NCBI GenBank assembly: GCA_051362555.1
Contig: CM120641.1
Location: 24,124,401-24,188,400, forward strand
DNA from: Lingula anatina
Lineage: Eukaryota; Animalia; Brachiopoda
Direction: 5' to 3'
Length of the DNA: 64,000 nucleotides
Numbering within the stretch: position 1 is the stretch's first letter; every line of letters starts with the position of its first letter. This document shows, in pieces, positions 13,790 to 27,441 of this stretch. The translations under genes were made by a program, and so were the position numbers. The notes beneath the pieces are model-generated. The model saw only the letters and a list, made by a program, of their open reading frames with translations, ran no database searches and had not been told where the DNA came from.

Positions 13790-16222
13790 ATGTGTTATGT
13801 AATAATTACAGTTCGTTCTCTGTTATGGACACTACTGACCCTAGTGGCCACCATGGCAGTGGTGTCCTCCCTCATCTCCCCATACTGGATCATGGGGACA
13901 CAGACTGTAGTGGACATTAAACCAGTGACCAATGACTCCTCGGTCAGCACAAGTAAAGAAACATTCCAGTCGTCAATAGGGATATACACACGCTGCACAA
14001 AGCTTCATTTGGTGGGGAGATATGTGGACAATTGTGCTTCGTTTATTGAAGGCGCAGGATTTGATATGGATTCAGAACAGTTTTCTCATTTCTGGAAAGC
14101 CTGTCTCTTTATGTATGGTGTGGGGCTGGCTTTGCTGACCTTTACAGTGATTACAGCTGTACTAAGTCTCTGTGTGAGGGCAATCTGTAAGAAGAGTATT
14201 TTCACTGTCTCCGGACTTATACAGAGTATTGCAGGTGGGTATTATCAGGGGTAGGGGAGAGGCTGGACTGTAGGTTGTATTGTAGGTACTGCCTTGTTGG
14301 TCATGTGTAAAACACAGGTTTTCTTTGGGAGGGGCAGGCAAGAAGACATTTTGGGGAAAATATATTAGGGCTGTTATTAAAGATATCAAACATGTATGTT
14401 TCTTTTTGGATTTTTATTTTTAAAGATAGTGAATGAAAGGTACTTAATATTCCCTTGTATGCATCTGACCCTAGACAGGCACCCGCATTTTTTGCTGTCT
14501 GCATTATAAGTATCAAATTTTACAACCTTCTCAGCCTTTTGAGTAGATTTGTTGAGCTAGTTAATTGCGCCACTTGCAGATTTTGATCTTAATACGCCTG
14601 TTAAGATATGAATACTTAAAAGCTGGGATGTGAGGTGACCTGAAGATAGGGGCCCATTTTACGTGTCCTGATAACATTTCTTGGGTCACTGGGTGCAAGT
14701 ACTGTCTGCAGACAGTTACAAGATGTGACATTATTCTGTGGTTGCAGCAAGATTTTGTATTTCATTGTGAATATGCAACTGTTGAGGGGATTGCTGTTCT
14801 TTATTCCTTAGTTGTAGTAGTTTATGTCAAATGAATAAAATTCTGTATACTAGACAGCTGTACGCTTATTATGTCTGTCATGCACTTCATATCAGTTTGT
14901 ATTTGTATGCTACCCTCATAAGACAAGCACCTGTCATGACTTTACATTTTATGCATTACTAGTATGTTATATCTTTGCGAGAAGATAGAAGAATGGGTGT
15001 AAGAAGGAACACAAAGACTGTTGGGTTCTCATTGCAGAACAGAATGAATTTATTAAATTTGTTATGGACTCCCTGGTGAAAAAAATAAAGCTTGCCTCAG
15101 AACAAGAGACCTCTTTAACATTTTTGAGGATAAATTGCATTATGGGTTTGATATTAAAATAGGTTCATTAGCTACAAGAAGAAAAACCATCGCTAATGTT
15201 GCTATATTGATAAATATATATTTTTTCGTCTTTTAGGCTTGTTTTTGATAGTAGCCATACTCCTGTATCCCGCTGGTTGGGGGTCCACCAGAGTACGCAG
15301 GGAGTGTGGAGACACTGCAGCACCCTTTGAACTGGGAGATTGTTCATTAGGTAAATCACAGTGTGTTGTTGTGAAATCTTCACAGTTTTTCACATGTTAG
15401 CTTTGTTTGGAACATGTGAAAATTGTATATGTGGATGAATGAAATATTTCTTGGAAATAAGAGTGGAGAATGAGGTGACATGAATTATTTGTTAAATTTC
15501 AATTAACATTTTAGTATGGAATAATTTTGTAAGTATGGGTTTTAGTGTAAATATTTTTATATTATTTGAGAATTCTTTCTTAGATATTTATTGCACTGGT
15601 GACAATTTACATATTTAGATTGAATTTAGATCATAGGGATTAAGTCACATTGTCTGTCAAAGAGGATAGTGACCATGAATTTCATAATACAGTGTATCTT
15701 TACATGTTCAACCAAAGAAAAGCAGCATAATCTTGAAAGTTTTAAAGAATAAATATTTTGAAAATTTTTATTACTGGATTTAACTTAAGACTAAGTAAAA
15801 TTGATGATGTTGTGTCTCCTTCTCAGAATCTTCAGCAGGTCTACTGAAAATAGAAATGGAACTTTTCTCAGTCTGGTCATGTAGTCTGCATGTGTGTTTG
15901 TCAGTTGATCACACTTTCTGCTGAAATCTACAAGAAGGAGATGCAATGTTATTAATTGGACTAAAGTACAAGTCAAGGGATGTAAAATATAAATGGATGA
16001 CTAACCTTTCCATTTAAACTGTGGTTTTAATCCAGGGCAACATCAAAATCATTATCAAATAATGTTATTTCCATTTTAGGCTGGTCATTTTACTGTTGCA
16101 TTGGAGGGACCATACTAGTGTTCATCTGCTCAGTTCTGTCCATTCAAGCAGAGAGGGCCACATCTAGCGATAAAGTGGAGGCAGAAATTCTGGATGGAAA
16201 ATACTTGGTGTGTGTGTTATGA
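13790..16222 (+). CDS. LHFPL2: LHFPL tetraspan subfamily member 2-like membrane protein, 3 coding exons (13790-14234, 15237-15350, 16080-16222), ~233 aa
   Basis: N-terminus [16 protein letters not shown]; motifs [17 protein letters not shown] / LYPAGWGS / GDCSLGWSFY; C-terminus [25 protein letters not shown] junctions keep frame (702 nt total). Matches the recalled LHFPL2 family pattern. Confidence 0.9.
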
Positions 16223-18549
16223 CCTGATACTGAGGCTGATATTCAGACACATTAATACTCATAGAGTTATTTCTTGATACCAAGGTAGAAATGGGTTTCC
16301 GCACTGTAAAGGACCAAATTGCTGAGAACTCTTCAACAAGGTCTTGAGATCAAGATAAGCCATTAGGATGGGCTACACTTACTGTACGTGATTCTTTAAA
16401 ACAGCCCCAGAGCTCTTTAATCCCAAAAAAGGCTGTATAAACTAAATAGGTGCCTGGACATAGAGATAAATTAAGGGAGAAGTTTGTGATGTTACTTGAC
16501 GCATTAAGACAAAGCAGACAATGTTATGTATTATCACAGAAGAAACTGGGAAGGTAAATAAACCAGTTTCCTTCAGAAATTTTAGATAGGAAAGATTTTT
16601 CCATGTGGCAGAGTTGGTTTGACTGAAAAACAGGCTTACAATTAAAAATACCACTTTCTCATTATTATTATTATTATTATATATTTATTTTCTGTTGTCA
16701 TTTTCAACTTTTAAATGTCTCTAAAATTATTTGTACTAGATGTTGTGACATTTGTCTGTTATACCTCCATATGATATGCCACAGTGCATTTTTCTATAAA
16801 TCAACACAAAATATATGTGTAGCTTTTGATTGAATGACTTTGCCATCAGGTCTTATTTCTTCAGCTTCCATTTGTAATTAAGAAATTTTATATGAAATAT
16901 ATAATTTCACCTGTACGAAAAGGATACAAGGTATAGAATTACCACCTCATTTGTTTAAGAATGGAAGCAGTTAAAGATATTATTGAAGGAACAATATATG
17001 TTGGAGAGAACTTGGACAAAGATTATAAAAGTAGCCATGATGGCTGCTGACATTTAAGTTGTTGGTTTGTTTCTGTGGAGTAGATTTCACTCAAAGTTTG
17101 TGATGAATTAGGTGCTAGCATCCAGTCAATCACCTCTGCCCCTGTGACATTCAGATGATGTCTGTATTTCTTATGACATAGCTGATGAAAAAATGTACTT
17201 GTCATGGTGTTTTGCGTTTCATGTACTTCTTTATTATTATATTATATGATAATGATGATTGCCAATTGTTTTGTGTACCATTTTAACAACAAACATATGA
17301 TATATTGAAACTGATAATGAGCAAAATGAATCACTGGAATTTCAAGTTGATTCCGAAGTTTATTTGTTTTAATCGTAGATTCCTGTATATTTGCTCTTGG
17401 TTGTTAGGGCAATATTATAACAATGCTGTCTTGATGTATAAACATGTCCCATAAAGTTGACTATGACAGGAATTTCCAGGAATCTCCAATGACTTTTATA
17501 CACAGTAACAATAATAGCTGTAGCTTATTTTTTTCTGCAGAATCATGATACATGTAATTATTAAATAACTATCTGACTCATGATGAATTATGACAGAGAT
17601 CTTCAAGGGTTTTAACCAAGCCAGATGAAACTGGATGGCTTAAATAAATAATTTGATTTTTCATATTGATAAACATTTTAAAAGTCAAACATCTTTTAAG
17701 CATCATACTCAAGAGGCTGACTGACTTTAATGGGGTGTGACTAAAGTAAATTAGCATGTTAATATTTTTGTATGTGTATTTATATATGTTATAAACTATG
17801 TGGTGTTTTTCCATTTTGCGTTTGTTCATTTCTTTATTTATTTGAAAAAAAAAAGGCATTAAAACAATTACTCAGGATCAGAGGTGAACCTTGAACAGTT
17901 CTTAAAATCAAGTCAACATATCCAGTCATCTTAGTGGAAATTAATAAAAATTTGACCAAGGTTTACCAGGAAATTTTGTAAGATCAGAAATATTGATCCA
18001 GTAGCTTAATTCAAGCTGTAATTGACCGATCATGCATCTGGCAAATGTATAATCAGAGGTCATGGCATTACTCTAGTCTACCTGCACTAACATAATCATA
18101 ACAAATGTTTCAATTCATACCCCTTCAATGAAAGGATAATTCTTAAACCTGTATTTCATACAATTTAAATTCATTGTCTGAATATGACATGCAGTTGAAT
18201 TTGTAAAACAGTTCATGCAGATTCATCTTGCAGTGATTTGTATACATACTGCCATTAAGAATGTGCACTACATTTCAGATGCATTGTTTTATATAGGGAA
18301 TTTAATAACATGTGGGACCAACCTGCACGATCTTGGACAGTGTGCATGTGAGCTTACTGTATTTCATCTTAATCTGAATAAAATATTAACTTCAACTCTT
18401 ATTTAGGTAAATAAATACCACCAACATGTACAATTTTCAAAAAATATTCCCTAAGTTGTTGTTCAACTATATTTAAGACAGGAGGGGAGAATAAAAAAAA
18501 TACTGAAGAGTTAACGTTCTAATATCAGAAAAGAAGTCTGCCTAGGGAC

Positions 18550-18920
18550 CCTCTCGTATTTTACACCAAGCAGGGCGCACTGTTACGCTGAATGCAGTAG
18601 TGGCGCTTGAGATTGGCGCAACTAACGCACTCGAAACCACTTCCTGTCGATCTCGAAGAAAGGGTACTATAGTAGGTGAATGTGGTCTTAAGTTGGTGTT
18701 TATCCCCCAAAATGTAGAGTACACAGGAAGATGGAGCCTTGCAATTAATACACAAAGGTAAGAGGGTGTTAAGTACATCAAAAAGTACATCGCTATAACT
18801 GGCTTTGAATAAAATTAGGTTAATAAAACGGTGAGGTGCATTTGATGATTCCCCTAGTCTCCTCGTCTCGATTTTCGCATTGGTAAGTTTTAGCACGTAT
18901 AAAGACGAAAACCGAGACAA
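18550..18920 (+). promoter_or_regulatory. CpG-enriched probable promoter / first non-coding exon of GTF2E2
   Basis: Local CpG excess in a CpG-poor background, an ETS-like CACTTCCTG near 18638, and GTAAG donors near 18758 and 18883, upstream of the ATG exon acceptor (cccttag at 19202-19208). Confidence 0.55.
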
Positions 18921-19224
18921 AAATCTCTCTGGAGATTACCCTTGCCTTCGTGTCACTGTAAATCCTTACTTTCCACTTGGCTAGGCCTCACACTAAGACA
19001 AAAATTGCCATAATGGTTTTTGATATTTTTTAATCACTCGTGGCTTTTGGTGCTGTTGACAATTCTTTTTAATTATTGTTTTAACTTATCTTTGCAGAAT
19101 GCTGAAAACTAATCCTGTATTATGAAGTGGCTGCATTATTTTTTTCACAAAACCTTTATATGCATAGTAAATACCTCTCTCTTGACATGATTTCAACTCT
19201 ACCCTTAGGTGTCAAGCAGCAGCC

Positions 19225-21956
19225 ATGGACCCAAAACTGTTGAAGGAAAGAGAGGCCTTCAAGAAGAGGGCTTATGCACAGCCTGTGGTAGAAAAGAAAA
19301 GGAAAGCAGAGAAGGAAAAGGCTGTAAATAAAGCCAAGAAAAAAGTGAAGACAAAGCATGTAGAGAGACCAAAATATGGTAGTTCTTTTCTTTAATTTCT
19401 GCCTAATCAATTGAACAATAATTTAATTTTGAGTGAACTTTGTGATATCTCTAACAAGATTCAGTGCTATATATTTGTATTATATTAAACATTTAGATGG
19501 TTTTCTTATCAGTTAAAATGCTAATTAAAAAAATTAAAACGGATTTAGTACCTTATAAAATAACCAATGGGACCCAGTTCTTATATGTGAAACTTTAAAA
19601 GATATGAAAGTAAGGAATTTTTTGGAGGTAGTAATTTTGTTTATTATATGCATTTTCAGATGTGGCTAAATTGAATTACAAGTCTGCCTCTGGATCATCT
19701 CAGTACAACTTTAGTGTCCTGGCAAAAATTGTCAAGTTCATGAAGGTAAAAAAGTTACATATTTTACCTGTTTATTATGCATGATCAGTTCTCATTCAGT
19801 GTGTGTAATTGTATTCATCAGTGCATACTTCAGAATAATATATGTATTATGTATCCCAAAACTATGTTTTGTTCTGCAGACATTAGCCATTAGACCTTTA
19901 TGTCTTAAGAAATGAAATTAGACTTTTATTGTGCAGTATTTAATGATATATATCTATATTCCAGACTCGTCACCAGCAGGGTGACACACATCCCCTCACC
20001 CTGGAGGAAATCCTGGATGAGGCTAACATGCTGGACGTTGGACTGAAGCAGAAATCATGGCTGGCATCTGAGGTAACAAAACTGCACTGTAGCTCTTAAG
20101 TTGTTATATTTTAACCTGTTGAAATAATAAAAAGGAAAAAACTACTACTACTACTATTACTACAACCACTGCTACTACTACTATTCCTGCTGCTGAAAAT
20201 TGAAGAGATGATAATAGAATAAACAATACCAATATTTGTTGTGTCTTATATAGAAATTGGGAATACCTGAAGTGTTTATTTTCAATTATTTCCTAACATT
20301 TCCTTCTGATCTTTAGGCACTGCTTAACAACCCCAAAATTGAGACAGTTGAGGGTTCAAAGTTTGCATACAAACCAAAATACAATATCCGCGACAAGAAA
20401 GGTCTTCTCCGTCTTCTAGAAAAGCAGGATCTCAAGGGTTTGGGAGGGGTGCTGTACGATGACGTCGAGGAATCTTTGCCAAAAGCTGAGAAGGCAGTGA
20501 AGGTAAGGTGGATACAGATGCAAATTGTGCTAAATTATGAATGCTATTTCTTGGACAGTTGAACTGAAACTGATTTGTGGTCTGTTTTGAATGTCCAGCC
20601 TCTCTGTGGTCTCTTTCATAATATTGAAAATTGCTAAGACATGTTTTTTTGTTCCTGTCTTTCTGGATATTACATTATAATGAATTATTGTACCCATCAT
20701 ATGCAATGTTAATTACTACTTATAGACTGAAAGATATAAATCTGTGCATCAAAAAAGCATCATAACTGAGTATTTCCACATTTCTGTTCCCAGAATCTCG
20801 GTGATCGTATAATCATCATCACTAGGCCAGATAAAAAGAAGGTTCTTTTCTACAATGATAAGATGTACCAGTTTGATGTTGATGAAGGTATGATCAAGAT
20901 TAGATAAGGTTATATAAATACTTGTTAACACATATATCAACACTTTTATGTATCTTGACCTCAAAAGATATAAATACCAGGTTTATATCACTGCACTGCC
21001 TGATCTGTAAATGTTTGATAACTGATCAGGCCTGTAGCCAGTAAATTAAAAAAGGAACTCTATTTTTTCTGAAAAATGGGCCCATTACCCTGTAAGTTGA
21101 ACCCCCCTGAGATATGCAATAAAACCTAGACCAAATTTTGTTTCTTTTCCAGCCAAAAGGGATTATAATTTGCACCCTACCAACCTCGCCCTCCTGATAC
21201 ATGTTTTCTGGGTGCCTTAATTTTGAAGTGAAATATTTGTGAAAGCTAGCCAAATACTGAAAATAATAATAAAAAAAATAGTTACATTGTTTTTATTTCT
21301 TTGACTTTTTCTACAATTCTGTAAAAACCCTGTTTTTTTAGAGTACCAGCAGCAGTGGCGCAGTGTTGCTGTGGAAGGGATGGATGAGAGGAAGATTGAG
21401 GACTACTTGGAGAAGGCCGGCATCACCTCAATGCAAGATATGGGTATTAAACGAGCAGTAAGTGATTTCGATTCTTATCTTTCTTCTGTATTACTTTTGG
21501 TTACAGGACACAACTCAAAAATGATAGTTTGAATATAGTAAATGAAAAGCTAGAGACTGTGTTATTTGATATGAATGACTCATCACTAATTTTATATTGC
21601 ATGATACAAGCATTTATCTTCTGAGCTGAAAGTTTCAAAATTGCTTTAAAATTTAAATCAAAACCAGCATAACATTGCAAATAGTGCATCAGTAATGAGA
21701 AAGGTCACAGTTGCATATTTCATAGTTTGCATAGTTGAGTGCTTTCAATCGCATAAGCCATTATAGCTACACTTAGAGTCAAAAGTTACACAGATGAAAG
21801 ATTTATTGTTAAATATGCACAATGTAAAACATTTCCATATTTTTATAGGGTCCAATACAGAAGAAGAAAGGCAACAGAAAGAGGGGTCAATTTAAGAAAC
21901 TAAATGACCATTTAGATGGCATACTGGAGGACTATAATGCAACAGAGAGTAAATGA
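19225..21956 (+). CDS. GTF2E2: General transcription factor IIE subunit 2 (TFIIE-beta), 7 exons (19225-19378, 19660-19745, 19965-20072, 20317-20502, 20794-20887, 21342-21457, 21849-21956), ~283 aa
   Basis: [16 protein letters not shown] start; motifs [85 protein letters not shown]. All junctions GT-AG and in frame (852 nt). Confidence 0.95.
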
Positions 21957-23833
21957 GTGCCATTACTTGTGATCCATAATCAAACACACAAGTAATAAGG
22001 GCCACGGTGTGGGTATGATGAGCAATGTATTACATTGTTGAACAGATATTTTCTTGGGGAAGTCAAAAGACAGGGTTAACATCAGAAAGTCTTGAGATTA
22101 CAGCATCTCTGTGTCATTGCAAATTGAGTAAACTTGAGTGATCTTCTGCAGCTGGCCACTTAGTGTTCAAGAAATGTGGTCGGTCTGATACAGAGGTGAT
22201 CACATTTTTGTTTGACAAAAAATGTGTGCAACCAGAGCTTTGTACAGTTTTACAGCTACTGGAATCATATTGATAAATGTTTTTGAAAAGTTAAAAATGT
22301 TTGTAGTTGAAAATAAACTTGTAACTCGTGGGCAGTTTTCTATGCATTTGAAATGTATTAAAACATCATTGACAGAATTGGTCATATTTCAAATCAAGCA
22401 TTTAAATAAGCATCAGATCTGCTATAAGGAATTTTAGACAAATGGCAAGCCCAATAAAGTACTGAAAGGGAAAGAGTAATTTCATATACCCAGATTATTT
22501 AAAGATGAAGAAAAAAATAAAAGAAGAAACGATGATGTTCCTAGGGCAGCTAGAGGCCCGTTTTTTCAACCAAACTAAGCAGTAAAATCCTCTGCAGTCA
22601 CCAACCTCGCATAACTAAGTGCTGCATGGCAACCAGTTGAAACCAGTATTGTTCAAACTTCCACTATGTAATTAAGGGCACCTGTAACTTGGATATTCAT
22701 TTCAAGGCTATTAACTGGTCATGTGTGCAAAACCAAAAATTTACTGATTCACTCTCATGTGATTTTTTTTTTGAATAATTTAAAGCCAAATTACAGCTTT
22801 ATGGATGATCTCAGTGACAATCAAGTGTGGTGTAATCTGCCTTCGTGGTAAAGCTTGACAAATAAATGCAGAGTCAGGCTTTTATCACACAAACAGCAGA
22901 TTTGTAACATTTTTATTTAACATTGTAAAGAAAATTCAACGTGACCCAGCATGGTGAATTTATTTGAGAAAATTCTATCCAACACCCTTGTGCTTGGATA
23001 ACTAGTGCTAGGCTTACCAGTTTACAGTTTATGGGTGCTATTTTTTTTCATTTTTTTCCAAGAGGTCTACGATAATTATGGTGACTGGTGAACCAATGTT
23101 TACTATAATGTGAGGCTTTATACAAAAAATTTTAAATGCATAGCATCCAGAAAAAAGGATGCAATCATAATGCTTTTTCAACTGGGTATCCTAAACAGGG
23201 GCTGGAGAGGGGGGCTGGCCAGAGTTTTTCTTCTTTATTTCATCCTTAATGTTGACAATAATAACTAAAATGACCAAACACAGCTACAGGTCACTATAAT
23301 GATTGAAAATAAACTTTCTTCCATTTTTGGTCAAAATTGAAAATTAACACCATAGCTGACCCTGGTCAAAAACACTCAATATGACCCAAAATTGACATTT
23401 TTCAGATTTATGAAAATGTGATCAAAATCAATCTACCAGACATGTCATTCATAAGAAATATGTGAACACGTCTGTATCTCCTTATTAAAACCAAAAGTTT
23501 CAGTTTCAAAGCTTTTCAAGAAGCATACCTGAGAACGGGGGCTGGCCAGTTTTTTCTTTATTTCATCCTTAATGTTGATAAAACCACCGTCCTAGTACTC
23601 AAGTTTGAAGCCCAAAGGTAAAACAGTTTTCCACTTAGACTAGTGTTATCAATGAAAGTGCACGGCGACAAACGTCCTTTCCACCACCCCCAGAAAATTG
23701 TTTCAGCTCCATGTGTGTACACAAACTGGACCCTTTGGATAAGGCTTTCTTTTTTTTGTGGGTTTAACATTTTTCACTCAGAACATTTAACCAGATGATT
23801 CTTTGAAATATCCAGTAATTAAAAAAAAATAAT

Positions 23834-26800
23834 AACTAGAGGATCAGAGAGGCGATACCGCCTCCGAATATTGTACCACCAGCTGGAGCAAGCGCATTCG
23901 TATAGACCCCCACATACGCAAAATAAGGGACACAGCCACCAGTCTTATGCTTGACAAGCTGTAAAAATGCAATCAACAAGAATTTTTAAAATATGCAAAA
24001 AATATATATAACTTAAAATGGTACAATCAAAGTTAAGTTCATTGTAAGGTAGGTCAAAGGTCAATTTCAAGGTCACAGTAAATTTCCAGTATATGACTTC
24101 CTATTCAACTTCAATAGTAACTATAGACCTATCTCTGCCAGGTTTGGAGTTAAAAGAAAAAGAAATTAGCAGAGTTCAGTTCATGATTATAAGTAGGTCA
24201 AAGGTCAATTTCAAGGTCACACTTAGAATGCCAGTATATGACTTCCTATTCAAGTTCAATAGTAACTATGGACCTATCTAGCTAGTTTTGGAAATAAAAG
24301 GGAGGCAAAATTTGCAAAGTTCAATTCATGATAAAAAGTAGGTCAAAGGTCAATTTCAAGGTGACATTTAGATTGCCAGTATATGACTTCCTATTCAAGT
24401 TCAATAGTAACTATGGACCTATCTCTGCCAGTTTTGGAGATAAAAGGGAAGCAAAATTTGCAAAGTTCAATTCGTGATAAAAAGTAGGTCAAAGGTCAAT
24501 TTCAAGGTCACATTTAGATTGCCAGTATATGACTTCCTATTCAACTTCAATAGTAACTATGGACCTATCTCTGCCAGGTTTGGAGTTAAAAGAGAAAAAA
24601 ATTAGCAGAGTTCAGTTCATGGTGAAAAGTAGGTCAAAGGTCAATTTTAAGGTCACATTTAGATTGCCAGTATATGACTTCCTATTCAACTTCAATAGTA
24701 ACTATGGACCTATCTCTGCTAGTTTTGGAGATAAAAGGGAAGCAAAATTTCCAAAGTTCAGTTCATGGTGAAAAGTAGGTCAAAGGTCAATTTCAAGGTC
24801 ACACTTAGAATGCCAGTATATGACTTCATATTCAAGTTCAATAGAAACTATGGACCTATCTCTGCCAGTTTTGGAGATAAAAGGGAGGCAAAATTTGCAA
24901 AGTTCAGTTCATGGTGAAAAGTAGGTCAAAGGTCAATTTCAAGGTCACAGTAAGATTGCCAGTACATGACTTCCTATTCAAGTTCAATAGTAACTATGGA
25001 CCTATCTCTGCCAGTTTTGGAGATAAAAGGGAACCAAAATTTGCAAAGTTCAATTCATGATAAAAAGTAGGTCAAAGGTCAATTTCAAGGTCACATTTAG
25101 ATTGCCAGTATATGACTTCCTATTCAACTTCAATAGTAACTATGGACCTATCTCTGCCAGTTTTGGAGATAAAAGGGAAGCAAAATTTCCAAAGTTCAAT
25201 TCATGGTGTAAAGTAGGTCAAAGGTCAATTTCAAGGTCACAGTAGGATTGCCAGTATATGACTTCCTATTCAACTTCAATAGTAACTATGGACCTATCTC
25301 TGCCAGGTTTGGAGTTAAAAGAGAAAGAAATTAGCAGAGTTCAGTTCATGGTGAAAAGTAGGTCAAAGGTCAATTTTAAGGTCACATTTAGATTGCCAGT
25401 GTATGACTTCCTATTCAACTTCAATAGTAACTATGGACCTATCTCTGCTAGTTTTGGAGATAAAAGGGAAGCAAAATTTCCAAAGTTCAGTTCATGGTGA
25501 AAAGTAGGTCAAAGGTCAATTTAAAGGTCACATTTAGATTGCCAGTATATGACTTTCTATTCAACTTCAATAGTAACTATGGACCTATCTCTGCCAGTTT
25601 TGGAGATAAAAGGGAGGCAAAATTTGCAAAGTTCAGTTCATGGTGAAAAGTAGGTCAAAGGTCAATTTCAAGGTCACAGTAAGATTGCCAGTACATGACT
25701 TCCTATTCAACTTCAATAGTAACTATGGACCTATCTCTGCCAGTTTTGGAGATAAAAGGGAGGCAAAATTTGCAAAGTTCAGTTCATGGTGAAAAGTAGG
25801 TCAAAGGTCAATTTCAAGGTCACAGTAAGATTGCCAGTACATGACTTCCTATTCAACTTCAATAGTAACTATGGACCTATCTCTGCCAGTTTTGGAGATA
25901 TAAGGGACTAAATGTTATAATTTCGGAGTTACCTTAATGTGCCATAAATTTCCTACAGAAAAAATTAATTAAAATAAAGAAAAGGTCTTTTTGGTCAAAA
26001 TTCTTGAAATGGGAGGTGCTCTGAAGTTCCAGAAGTTCAAATTTGATGAAATAATGTCATTTTTGACCACAAGTTGTCTGCTTTGCCAAGCCTTATGTTT
26101 TATTTTTCCGGAGTTCAAAATTTATTATCCATTACCGTACTTCACATTTTGCTTTCACCACCAATATGTACTTTTTGATACAGCGTAACTCGAAAACCGT
26201 ATGGAATACAAAAAAACGGAGACCACCTCCAGTGTTGGGCTTTACATGCTCTACAAAATGCAAAAAAGAATGGGTCTCTAGCATTAACGGTTCCCGAATT
26301 AGAGACAGTTTTCAGTTTCGGTATCTTATGGCCGCTACACCCGTGAAAATGCACCGATTGACCCCAAATTCACACAGATGAAAGATGACCCAAAGGGTAA
26401 CATTTTCCAATAATATTATTGGTTAAGTCTGTGTGGTGTCTGAATAACAGCGCAAATAAATTTTCTTTCGAAAAAAAATTCATTTTTTTGAAAATATTTG
26501 CCCATTTGACCTTGAAATAAAGGTCAAAGGTCAAATCCAAGGGCATATTTGAAATCTACACATATGACTTTTGGAAAGCCGTCTGTAGAAATTTTTCCCA
26601 TAATTCCTTCCGTAGGGTAGATAATTAGCATTTAATTTTGCCATTTTTGGACAAGGGTGCATTGCAATGAGTGCCACACCTAGACCCCAATACCGACAAA
26701 GCCCAAATTTTACGTGGAACGAGTTGAGATTATAGGTGACCTAAATCCAAGAGATGAGTATGGGGGCCCTTACCGTCTAGGAGGAGAAGCGGTAACGGTA

Positions 26801-26881
26801 ACATGGCGGCGGAGCCGGCGGAACGGACCGGACGGGACTAAAACCATGTGTACCGCCAGCGCTAACGCTGGTGGTACAATA
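23834..26881 (-). mobile_element. Non-autonomous Helentron / DINE-1-like (HINE) element with an internal tandem array
   Basis: 14-bp subterminal inverted repeats ATTGTACCACCAGC (23870-23883) and GCTGGTGGTACAAT (26867-26880). Partial inverted copy tgtaccgccagc (26849-26860), GGAC/CGG-type microsatellite (~26805-26838), short hairpin GAGGCG-atac-CGCCTC (23849-23864) and CTAG next to a T-rich flank on the minus strand. No transposase ORF. Confidence 0.8.
24045..25905 (+). repeat. Tandem array of 13 monomers of ~146 bp (satellite-like) inside the Helentron-like element
   Basis: The GGTCAAAGGTCA anchor recurs at 24052, 24196, 24341, 24487, 24632, 24778, 24924, 25070, 25216, 25361, 25507, 25653 and 25799 (period 144-146). 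Confidence 0.97.
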
Positions 26882-27104
26882 AACACCTATGTTTTTTTTT
26901 TATTTTATTGCTGACTGTTACCAAGTGCAAATTAAGAGGACATTTAAATATTTTAAACTGAAAACAACAAAGACAGAGAACTCCCCAAATTAAATCTATG
27001 ATAATGCTAAAACAATTGGCATAATTCTTGAACATTTAAAAGGGATTGGACAGTTGTGAATAATAGCAAAATGGAATCATTTTTTTTACATGGGGAAAAC
27101 TTAA

Positions 27105-27441
27105 AGGGATAATAACTCTTCGTATGAAATCTGTATTTCACAATAAAAACATTGTGAATGGCTCATAAAAATATAATATATTCTGTTTTCCCACAAAAAC
27201 GGCTGTTATAGCTATTATTCTGATATCTGAGCTTATCTTTAGACCACGTGACCTCCATTGATGGCTATACTCTGTTAAAATCTCTTAAGAGATTTTAACA
27301 AAAAACCAAACTTTTTAGAAAAAAACCAGGGACTAACTTTGAATGTAAAAATGGATTCATTAACCATTGGTAAGTATGGGAAAATTGTTGTTTACTCCAG
27401 GAAAATTCATTTTTTGGCCGAAACGAAGAGTTATTATCACT
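27105..27441. mobile_element. Non-autonomous DNA transposon with TTAA target duplication (Kolobok-like), copy 1
   Basis: TTAA|AGGGATAATAACTCTTCGT...ACGAAGAGTTATTATCACT|TTAA. An inverted, diverged second copy lies at ~49697-50052. Confidence 0.75.

Noticed and set aside
24093-25500. Repeated 62-80 aa ORFs (MTSYSTSIVT...)
   Set aside because: By-products of the tandem monomer; frames break between units.
24045-25905. CRISPR-like regular repeat array
   Set aside because: Whole monomers repeat with no unique spacers, there are no cas genes, and the context is eukaryotic. It is a tandem satellite.
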